From the NCBI GenBank assembly GCA_009391535.1, contig VFHP01000023.1:11578-75577 (forward strand): a stretch of DNA of 64,000 nt, written 5' to 3'. The stretch's first letter is position 1. Each line of letters opens with the position of its first letter. The notes beneath the pieces were generated by a model. That model saw only the letters and a program-made list of their open reading frames with translations. It was not told where the DNA came from and ran no database searches. The position numbers were made by a program, and so were the translations under genes. Positions 57,266 through 64,000 of this stretch are shown here, one piece after another. This DNA is from SAR202 cluster bacterium. GTDB taxonomy: Bacteria > Chloroflexota > Dehalococcoidia > Lucifugimonadales > UBA2985.

Positions 57266-58075
57266 ATGGATATGAATGAAGAAATAAAAATTGAGAGACG
57301 ATGGTTCGCATCTTTTGATTTTAAGTATTGGATAATTCCTATTTGCCTCACATCTACATTACTGGTTTTATGGGAATTACTGGTTTGGTTATTTGATGTT
57401 AAACAGTGGTTGCTACCAGCCCCATCTTCCATATTGCAGGAAATCTTTGAAAGTCGGCAACTCTTGTTTAATCATAGTGTGACCACGATATCTGAGATCA
57501 TAATTGGGTTTTTGTTGTCTTTAGTAATAGGTGTTTGTTTGGCAGGAGCTATAGCATACTCGAATGTAGTCGAACGTTTCGCCTACCCTTTTGTTATAGC
57601 GTCTCAAACAATTCCAGTAATAGTTATAGCTCCTTTGTTGTTGATATGGATTGGGTATGGCATGATTCCCAAGATAATAGTGGTAATACTGATTTCGTTT
57701 TTCCCGATTGTTGTGAACACCGTTGATGGACTTAAGTCAGCTGATAATGACACGATGCGAATGCTAAAAACGCTGGGAGCCAGCAGGTGGCAAATATTCG
57801 TAAAATTACAAGTTCCATATTCCATACCGTTCCTGTTTTCAGGCATGCGTGTTGCTATAACTTTGAGTGTGATTGGAGCAGTTATCGGGGAGTGGGTTGG
57901 CTCTAGCTCTGGTCTGGGTTATTTGATGATGAGGTCGGCCCCGCAATTTCTTACTGAAAGGGTGTTTGCATCTATAGTAATTCTTTCGGGTATAGGCATA
58001 TTCCTTTTTGCGTTAGTAGTTGTAATTGAACGTTTGTATATGCCTTGGTATGAAATGGAAAAAAGACAAAATTAG
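57266..58075 (+). CDS. ABC transporter permease (ThiX-like)
   Basis: 6 TM segments and an EAA-type loop (LKTLGASRWQIFVKLQVP). ATG 57266 follows AGGA; the ORF-track alternative is 57245. Confidence 0.85.
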   Translation: MDMNEEIKIERRWFASFDFKYWIIPICLTSTLLVLWELLVWLFDVKQWLLPAPSSILQEIFESRQLLFNHSVTTISEIIIGFLLSLVIGVCLAGAIAYSNVVERFAYPFVIASQTIPVIVIAPLLLIWIGYGMIPKIIVVILISFFPIVVNTVDGLKSADNDTMRMLKTLGASRWQIFVKLQVPYSIPFLFSGMRVAITLSVIGAVIGEWVGSSSGLGYLMMRSAPQFLTERVFASIVILSGIGIFLFALVVVIERLYMPWYEMEKRQN

Positions 58076-58137
58076 AGAGTTGAGCATTGTCAAAGCTTTT
58101 TATATAGAATTGACACTATATCTGGAGGGTTAATGCT

Positions 58138-59151
58138 ATGAAATTTGGGGTTAATAGGATTATTTCGTTTGTGGTATTTATCGTATTGTTGTTGCCGGTT
58201 ATGGCATGTGATGGGCAAGATGTATCGGATATAGAAGACTCTAAAGAGAAAGGAGTGATTAATATTAATCTTGCTTTAGATTGGTATCCCAATTCTAATC
58301 ATTCAGGGTTTTATATGGCTAAGGAGAATGGTCATTATACTGAATCGGACTTGTCTGTGGATATTTTTACTCCTGCTAATCCAGAAGATGTTTTAAAAAC
58401 CGTAGGTGCAGGAAAGGATGATTTTGGTGTTAGTTATCAGGCGGAAGTCTTACTAGCAAGGGCCCAAGGGATTCCAGTAAAATCCATTGCTGCCATGGTT
58501 CAACATCCCCTTAATTCAATTATGGTGCTTAAAGATTCAGGGATATCTCGACCTTCGGATTTGGCAGGTAAGAAGGTTGGAGTTACCGGAATACCTTTTG
58601 AAGAAGCCCTGTTCTCAGCCATGTTGGAGTATGACGGGACTAAACCTGAAAATGTCACCATTGTGAATGTGGGATTCGATCTGGGTCCAGCATTGTTGGG
58701 TGGTAAGGTAGACGCGATTGTAGGTGCCTATTGGACTCATGAATCTATCGCTATGGAATCTCAGGGCTACGAAATAAGTGTTTTGAGAATGGAAGATTGG
58801 GGAGTTCCAGACTTTTACGAATTAGTGTTGGTTGCTTCTGAAGAAACTTTGCAAAGCAAACCTGGACTTGTCAAAACATTTTTAACTGCTACACAGAAGG
58901 GATTTAGTGAGGCTGCTAATGACCCATTAAAAGCTGTGGATGTACTAGTAGGTTTTAATCCTGAAATAGATAGGGATTTAGAAATTAAAGGTATAGATCT
59001 TTTAGCACCTTTATGGTCGGAAGACGATGTAGTGTTTGGAACCCAAAACTCTGATCGGTGGAAACAATTATCGGATTGGATGAAGGAGAAGGGTCTTTTA
59101 GAAGACCATGTAGATCATCAGGAAGCTTTCACATCAGAATTCATAGAATAA
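58138..59151 (+). CDS. ABC substrate-binding lipoprotein, NMT1/THI5 (ThiY-like) family
   Basis: Lipobox VMAC, LDWYPNSNHSGFY motif typical of NMT1/ThiY-type pyrimidine-precursor binders. Confidence 0.75.
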   Translation: MKFGVNRIISFVVFIVLLLPVMACDGQDVSDIEDSKEKGVININLALDWYPNSNHSGFYMAKENGHYTESDLSVDIFTPANPEDVLKTVGAGKDDFGVSYQAEVLLARAQGIPVKSIAAMVQHPLNSIMVLKDSGISRPSDLAGKKVGVTGIPFEEALFSAMLEYDGTKPENVTIVNVGFDLGPALLGGKVDAIVGAYWTHESIAMESQGYEISVLRMEDWGVPDFYELVLVASEETLQSKPGLVKTFLTATQKGFSEAANDPLKAVDVLVGFNPEIDRDLEIKGIDLLAPLWSEDDVVFGTQNSDRWKQLSDWMKEKGLLEDHVDHQEAFTSEFIE

Positions 59152-59172
59152 AAAGCATTAATTAGGAGTGAA

Positions 59173-59967
59173 GTGTCTGATCGAAATATAGCCATGTCAA
59201 TAGCAGGATCTGATTCAGGAGGTGGAGCTGGGATTCAAGCCGATTTAAAAACCTTCGCAGCCTTTGGTATATATGGTACATCGGCTTTGACTGCTATAAC
59301 TGCTCAAAATACTCTTGGAGTGATGGCTGTTCATAACATACCTATGGATATCATTGAATCACAAATAGACGCCATTGTATCTGACATCGGAGTTGATGCT
59401 GTAAAGACCGGTATGTTGGCAAATTCCGGGATTATAGAGTTAGTGGCTAAGAAAGCCAAAGAACACAAATTTCATAATTTAGTTGTGGATCCTGTGATGG
59501 TAGCTAAAGGGGGAGACAGACTTTTGGAAGAGTCGGCTATAGATTCTATGAGAAAAGTTCTTATACCGATTGCTACCATAGTTACACCAAATATACCTGA
59601 AGCATCGGCATTATTAAATAAACAAATAGATACTATTGAGCATGCTCGGGAAGCTGCAGTTGCAATTGTAGACATGGGGGCAGTTAGTGTGGTTGTGAAG
59701 GGAGGGCATCTCAGTGGTGATGCTATCGATATATTTTATGATGGCAATCAATTTTTAGAATTTTATGCTGAAAGAATAAATACTAAGAACACTCATGGCA
59801 CAGGGTGTACATTTGCCTCAGCAATTACTGCAGGCTTGGCCTTGGGTAAATCAATAGAGCAGGCCGTGGGCGATGCTAAGACTTATGTTACCCAAGCCAT
59901 TAGATTGTCATTATCTATTGGGCATGGACATGGTCCTCTTAATCATTTTTATAAGTATTGGGCATAA
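59173..59967 (+). CDS. thiD: hydroxymethylpyrimidine / phosphomethylpyrimidine kinase
   Basis: IAGSDSGGGAGIQADLKT, VVDPVMVAKGG, GTGCTFASAI motifs. GTG start. Confidence 0.95.
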   Translation: MSDRNIAMSIAGSDSGGGAGIQADLKTFAAFGIYGTSALTAITAQNTLGVMAVHNIPMDIIESQIDAIVSDIGVDAVKTGMLANSGIIELVAKKAKEHKFHNLVVDPVMVAKGGDRLLEESAIDSMRKVLIPIATIVTPNIPEASALLNKQIDTIEHAREAAVAIVDMGAVSVVVKGGHLSGDAIDIFYDGNQFLEFYAERINTKNTHGTGCTFASAITAGLALGKSIEQAVGDAKTYVTQAIRLSLSIGHGHGPLNHFYKYWA

Positions 59968-59984
59968 AAGAGTTAGTGGCCTAA

Positions 59985-60013
59985 TTGCACTGTAGTTTAT
60001 AGGCTGTTAGAAT
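59985..60013 (+). promoter_or_regulatory. candidate sigma70 promoter of the dcd-rib operon
   Basis: TTGCAC (59985-59990), 17-nt spacer, TAGAAT (60008-60013). Confidence 0.45.
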
Positions 60014-60048
60014 TTTTAGACATTAAAACTTCGAAATTGGAGAAATTT

Positions 60049-60621
60049 ATGGTTCTGAGTGATCGAACGATCAAAGAAGAAATATCGGCTGGTAGAATAA
60101 TAATAGATCCCTTGGATCCATCTTGCGTACAGCCAGCTAGCGTAGACTTGCACTTGGATAAAAGGCTTCTTGTGTTTCGTAATACAAGACAGCCATATAT
60201 TGATATACACGAAGAAATGCAGGACCTCACAGAAATCGAAGAGATTCAAGGTAATAATCCGTTCATACTTCATCCTGGGGAGTTCGTTTTGGGAAGTACG
60301 TTAGAATCGGTATCATTGCCAGATGACATAGTGGCCCGATTAGAGGGAAAGAGTTCTTTGGGAAGGTTGGGTCTCCTGATACATTCTACCGCAGGATATG
60401 TAGATCCAGGATGGAAGGGTCATCTTACTTTGGAATTAAGCAATGTGGCTAATCTTCCTATCACTCTTTATTTTGGCATGAAAATCGGCCAAATATCTTT
60501 CTTACGATTATCGAGTCCAGCTGACAATCCATATGGATCCTCCATACTGGGAAGTAAGTATCAGGGTCAAATAGACCCCACTGCCAGCAAGATACACGAG
60601 GATTATAAGAAAAACGGATAG
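60049..60621 (+). CDS. dcd: dCTP deaminase
   Basis: [30 protein letters not shown] motifs. ATG 60049 lies 6 nt after GGAG. Confidence 0.9.
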   Translation: MVLSDRTIKEEISAGRIIIDPLDPSCVQPASVDLHLDKRLLVFRNTRQPYIDIHEEMQDLTEIEEIQGNNPFILHPGEFVLGSTLESVSLPDDIVARLEGKSSLGRLGLLIHSTAGYVDPGWKGHLTLELSNVANLPITLYFGMKIGQISFLRLSSPADNPYGSSILGSKYQGQIDPTASKIHEDYKKNG

Positions 60622-60625
60622 CAAA

Positions 60626-61708
60626 ATGGTATATATGCAACGTGCCTTGGAACTTGCACAAGAAGCTGTAGGCATATCCAGCCCAAACCCCCCGGTCGGA
60701 GCTGTTTTAGTAAAGGACGGCCACATCGTAGGGGAAGGGCACACGTTGCCACCAGGCCAGGCCCATGCAGAGATAATAGCAATAACACAAGCAGGTAGGT
60801 TTGCTAATGGGTCTTCTTTGTATACAACACTTGAACCTTGTTGTCATTTTGGCAAAACACCACCGTGTACTAGGCAAATAATCGAAGCCGGAATCAAGGA
60901 AGTTCATGTGGCTTTTATAGATCCGAATCCTCTAGTTAATGGTAAGGGGATTGATGAGTTAAGGAATGCTGGTATATCTATCCATATAGATGAGCTTGGT
61001 CGAGAGGCTGTTGAGATAATGGAAGGTTATGTCAAAGTGATGAGTTCAGGTAAGCCATTTGTTACTGCAAAATTTGCTATGAGTTTAGACGGGAAAATTT
61101 CTACATCTTCTGGCGATTCCAAATGGATTACTTCAGCAGAATCCCGGGCCACAGCTCGCAGATTAAGAGGTAAGGCAGATGCGATACTTGTTGGCATAGG
61201 TACTGTTCTGCAGGATGATCCACATCTAACTTTTAGAGATGCTGATGGAAACTTATGTGAAAGGCAGCCAGTTAGAATTGTTCTCGATAGTTACGGTCGG
61301 CTTCCCTTGGACGCCAAATTACTTAAAGAACCAGGGCTTTCATTAATTGTTGCTACCGATGTAGAAGAGCAGAAGGTTAATGCTCTGACGCAATTAGGTG
61401 CAGAAGTGATATTTGTATCCGGACAGAACGGGTCAATCGATCTCACCGAACTAATGGAATTATTGACACAACGCGGTTTTCTGAGTTTGATTGTCGAGGG
61501 AGGCAGTCATATATTAGGATCATTTTTTGATGCTGGTTTAGTAGATAAGGTGGTTGGATTTGTGTCACCGGTTATATTGGGTGGGACAAAATCACCTTCT
61601 CCTGTTGGAGGTAACGGAGCAGCAAAAATTGCTGACTCCTTTAAATTAGAAAGAAGCAACATTACTACGATAGGTAATGATGTTATGATTACAGGGTATT
61701 TGAGGTAA
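60626..61708 (+). CDS. ribD: bifunctional riboflavin biosynthesis deaminase/reductase
   Basis: HAEIIAI, LEPCCHFGKTPPC zinc site, C-terminal reductase domain. Starts 4 nt after the dcd stop. Confidence 0.95.
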   Translation: MVYMQRALELAQEAVGISSPNPPVGAVLVKDGHIVGEGHTLPPGQAHAEIIAITQAGRFANGSSLYTTLEPCCHFGKTPPCTRQIIEAGIKEVHVAFIDPNPLVNGKGIDELRNAGISIHIDELGREAVEIMEGYVKVMSSGKPFVTAKFAMSLDGKISTSSGDSKWITSAESRATARRLRGKADAILVGIGTVLQDDPHLTFRDADGNLCERQPVRIVLDSYGRLPLDAKLLKEPGLSLIVATDVEEQKVNALTQLGAEVIFVSGQNGSIDLTELMELLTQRGFLSLIVEGGSHILGSFFDAGLVDKVVGFVSPVILGGTKSPSPVGGNGAAKIADSFKLERSNITTIGNDVMITGYLR

Positions 61709-61710
61709 TT

Positions 61711-62292
61711 ATGTTTACGGGTATAGTCCAGGAAATTGGAAAAGTATTGGAGGCTGACCAAACGTTTTTGAAAGTAAGGTCTTCACTATTGCTAGGCACC
61801 CTAGAGCAAGGCGATAGTGTTTCAGTGAATGGAGCTTGTTTAACGGTTAATAGTGTAGACGAAGATTGGTTTTCTGTGGACACAATGCCGGAGACTATCA
61901 AACGAACCAACTTGGGTAGATTAACGGTAGGTTCGTTCGTTAACCTAGAGCGAGCATTAACATTGAGCACCCCTCTAGGCGGGCATATTATTCAAGGACA
62001 TGTAGACGGTGTTGGTGGTATAAATTCTATAATCAAAGATGAGAATGCAGTATTAATGGAATTCTCAGTTCCAACGAATATAATTAAGTACATCGTTGAG
62101 AAGGGATTTATATCTGTTGATGGAATAAGTTTAACAGTCGTGGGAGTTACTGAATCCGCTTTTAGTGTTTCTGTGGTAAAATACACGCTCAATAACACTA
62201 CATTGGGGATATCTGAAGAAGGGAATCCTGTGAACATAGAGGTTGATATACTAGCCAAGTATGTAGAAAAACTGCTTCCTTTTGCCAGATAG
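61711..62292 (+). CDS. ribE: riboflavin synthase
   Basis: MFTGIVQEIG, two lumazine-binding repeats (SVNGACLTV / SVDGISLTV). Confidence 0.95.
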   Translation: MFTGIVQEIGKVLEADQTFLKVRSSLLLGTLEQGDSVSVNGACLTVNSVDEDWFSVDTMPETIKRTNLGRLTVGSFVNLERALTLSTPLGGHIIQGHVDGVGGINSIIKDENAVLMEFSVPTNIIKYIVEKGFISVDGISLTVVGVTESAFSVSVVKYTLNNTTLGISEEGNPVNIEVDILAKYVEKLLPFAR

Positions 62293-62337
62293 TATGATTC
62301 GATTAACACAACTGTAATTTTAATGGAGTACTCACTA

Positions 62338-63552
62338 ATGTCTTTGTCAACGATCGAAGAAGCGGTAAAGGATCTTAGAGACGGCAAGATGGTTATCTTG
62401 GTGGACGATGAAGATCGAGAGAACGAAGGTGATCTTATTATTGCTTCAGAAAAAGTAACCGCAGATTCGATAAATTTTATGGCTACATATGGCAGAGGTT
62501 TAATATGTATCCCAATGTTGGCTGACAGACTGGAAGAGTTGAATATTCCTATGATGGTAAATCAAAATACCTCCAGGCATACTACTGCATTCACTGTTTC
62601 TGTAGACTCTAACGTAGGCACTACTACTGGTATATCTGCTCATGACAGAGCCTCTACAATTCTTACAATGATAGACCCTAAGGCTTCACCTTATGATTTA
62701 GATAGGCCGGGTCATATATTTCCCTTGAGATATCAGGAAGGGGGAGTTTTAGTCAGGGCAGGGCAAACCGAAGGATCAATCGATTTAGCCAAATTGTCAG
62801 GGCTTTATCCGTCCGCTGTTTTGTGTGAAATCATGAATGACGATGGCACTATGTCTAGAATGAATGATCTGGAAAAATTTTCAGAGGAGCATGGAATAAG
62901 AATAGTGAGCGTAGAACAAATAATAACCCATCGTATGTTGCACGAGAATCTGATTGAGAGAGTGGCCGATGCAAAATTGCCCACTTCTTTCGGACAATTC
63001 AGCGCAATAGCATTTAGGAGTCAAGTAGATCCCGACGAACATATTGCGTTAGTTATGGGTGATGTGGGCACATCCGAGCCAGTTTTGGTTAGGGTTCACA
63101 GCGAATGTTTGACCGGAGATGTTTTTGGTAGCATGCGATGTGATTGTGGTTCACAAATCAATCTAGCAATGGATATGATTGCGAAGGAGGGTAGGGGAGT
63201 TTTCTTATACATGAGACAAGAAGGTAGGGGCATCGGTTTGCATAACAAAATAAAGGCTTATTCATTGCAAGATCAGGGAATGGACACTGTAGAGGCCAAC
63301 ACGACTTTGGGTTTTAGTCCGGATTTACGGCATTATGGTATAGGTGCTCAGATTTTAGCAAACCTTGGTGTGAAAGATATGCGTATATTGACGAATAATC
63401 CAAAAAAGATAGTCGGGCTTGATGCCTACGGTTTGAATGTTATAGAACGGATTCCTATTATAGTACCCACTAATCCTGAAAATGAAAAATACATGAAGAC
63501 TAAGCACGATAAGTTAGGTCATTTGCTAGAGTTTCAGGAGGGGAAAAGTTGA
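62338..63552 (+). CDS. ribBA: bifunctional DHBP synthase / GTP cyclohydrolase II
   Basis: DDEDRENEGDL, HSECLTGDVFGSMRCDCG motifs. ATG 62338 follows GGAG; the ORF-track alternative is 62323. Confidence 0.95.
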   Translation: MSLSTIEEAVKDLRDGKMVILVDDEDRENEGDLIIASEKVTADSINFMATYGRGLICIPMLADRLEELNIPMMVNQNTSRHTTAFTVSVDSNVGTTTGISAHDRASTILTMIDPKASPYDLDRPGHIFPLRYQEGGVLVRAGQTEGSIDLAKLSGLYPSAVLCEIMNDDGTMSRMNDLEKFSEEHGIRIVSVEQIITHRMLHENLIERVADAKLPTSFGQFSAIAFRSQVDPDEHIALVMGDVGTSEPVLVRVHSECLTGDVFGSMRCDCGSQINLAMDMIAKEGRGVFLYMRQEGRGIGLHNKIKAYSLQDQGMDTVEANTTLGFSPDLRHYGIGAQILANLGVKDMRILTNNPKKIVGLDAYGLNVIERIPIIVPTNPENEKYMKTKHDKLGHLLEFQEGKS

Positions 63553-64000
63553 AAGGATTGTCATCTGAGTTCCAGGGTGAGGCAGATGGTCCAGGTGAAC
63601 GACTAATCGGTAGCAGTGATGGTACCGGTTTGAAGATTGGCATAGTAGCAGCAAGGTACAGCTATTTTATAACAGGCAAACTCGTAAGTGGCGCCTGTAA
63701 TAAATTACTAACACAAGGTGTGCGAGATGAGGATATAACAGTTTGTTGGGTTCCCGGTTCTTTTGAGATACCTGTTGTAGCTAGTGAAATGGCCAAAACA
63801 GGCAATTGGAACTCAATTATTTGTTTAGGAGCTGTAATAAAAGGTGACACTGCTCATTTCGATTATGTGGCCGGAGAGGCTGCTCGTAGAATAAGTCAGA
63901 TATCAGTAGAAACAGGTATCCCTGTGGTTTTTGGGGTGCTTACGACTTTCAATGTAGAGCAGGCAATTGAAAGATCTGGTGATGGGCAGGATAACAAGGG
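63549..64000 (+). CDS. ribH: 6,7-dimethyl-8-ribityllumazine synthase, 3' end cut by window edge
   Basis: Not in the ORF track because there is no stop in the window. Hand translation from TTG 63549 (TTGA overlap with the ribBA stop, AGGAGGGG upstream) gives ..KIGIVAARYSYFIT..WVPGSFEIP..GAVIKGDTAHFDYV.. Confidence 0.85.
   Translation, partial: MKGLSSEFQGEADGPGERLIGSSDGTGLKIGIVAARYSYFITGKLVSGACNKLLTQGVRDEDITVCWVPGSFEIPVVASEMAKTGNWNSIICLGAVIKGDTAHFDYVAGEAARRISQISVETGIPVVFGVLTTFNVEQAIERSGDGQDNK

Noticed and set aside
1-64000. A window-wide search for CRISPR arrays, IS/transposase or integrase genes, prophage genes, toxin-antitoxin pairs, restriction-modification or other defence islands, and rRNA genes.
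   Set aside because: None was found. There are no spaced direct repeats and no DDE, tyrosine- or serine-recombinase motifs in any ORF. The tRNA genes show no flanking direct repeats and are followed directly by tuf. Gene content is almost entirely core metabolism and translation.

Overview
This is a visibly AT-rich 64-kb chromosomal segment from a free-living bacterium. The gene order tRNA-Thr/Tyr/Thr-tuf-rpmG-secE-nusG-rplKAJL, a Ni-superoxide dismutase, Pro/Thr-linker lipoproteins and HMP-type thiamine salvage suggest a marine Chloroflexota-like or similar lineage, but that is inference only. The window is densely packed with core genes: I call 73 CDS (2 cut by the window edges), 3 tRNAs and 1 TPP riboswitch. 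In order, the content is as follows. (1) tsaB-ndk / rsfS / mnmA-rnhB, thiE and a variant ccmE. (2) A two-subunit 2-oxoacid:ferredoxin oxidoreductase divergent from citrate synthase. (3) A DUF185 methyltransferase and rpe. (4) An arginine block argJ-argB-argD-argG-argH, then pncB. (5) An orphan SbcC/Rad50-like ATPase and an MFS transporter. (6) An eight-gene SAM by-product recycling cluster (apt-HAD-mtnA-mtnP-rhodanese-adenosine kinase-ahcY-metK). (7) GDP-mannose genes, ffh and a PAC2 protein. (8) A Ni-SOD module (sodN / sodX-DCC-GT2). (9) amt-glnK, a lipoprotein cytochrome c, larB, hflKC and the tuf/ribosomal-protein operon. (10) A secreted C-terminally anchored protein, an epimerase, rph, a PduO adenosyltransferase and a catalytically dead-looking alpha/beta-hydrolase lipoprotein. 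(11) hisHA, galU, a TPP-riboswitch-controlled ABC importer plus thiD, and dcd-ribD-ribE-ribBA-ribH. I found no rRNA, CRISPR array, transposase, integrase, phage gene, toxin-antitoxin pair or recognisable defence island. I therefore do not see a clear novel multi-gene system here. The best candidates for follow-up are modest guilt-by-association cases: the HAD and rhodanese genes embedded in the SAM-recycling cluster, the DCC thiol oxidoreductase translationally coupled to the Ni-SOD protease, the CxxxY CcmE, phased GTTAC boxes upstream of amt, and a P-II protein with a Tyr-less T-loop. All family assignments come from motif recognition by eye in the translated ORFs. No database search was run.
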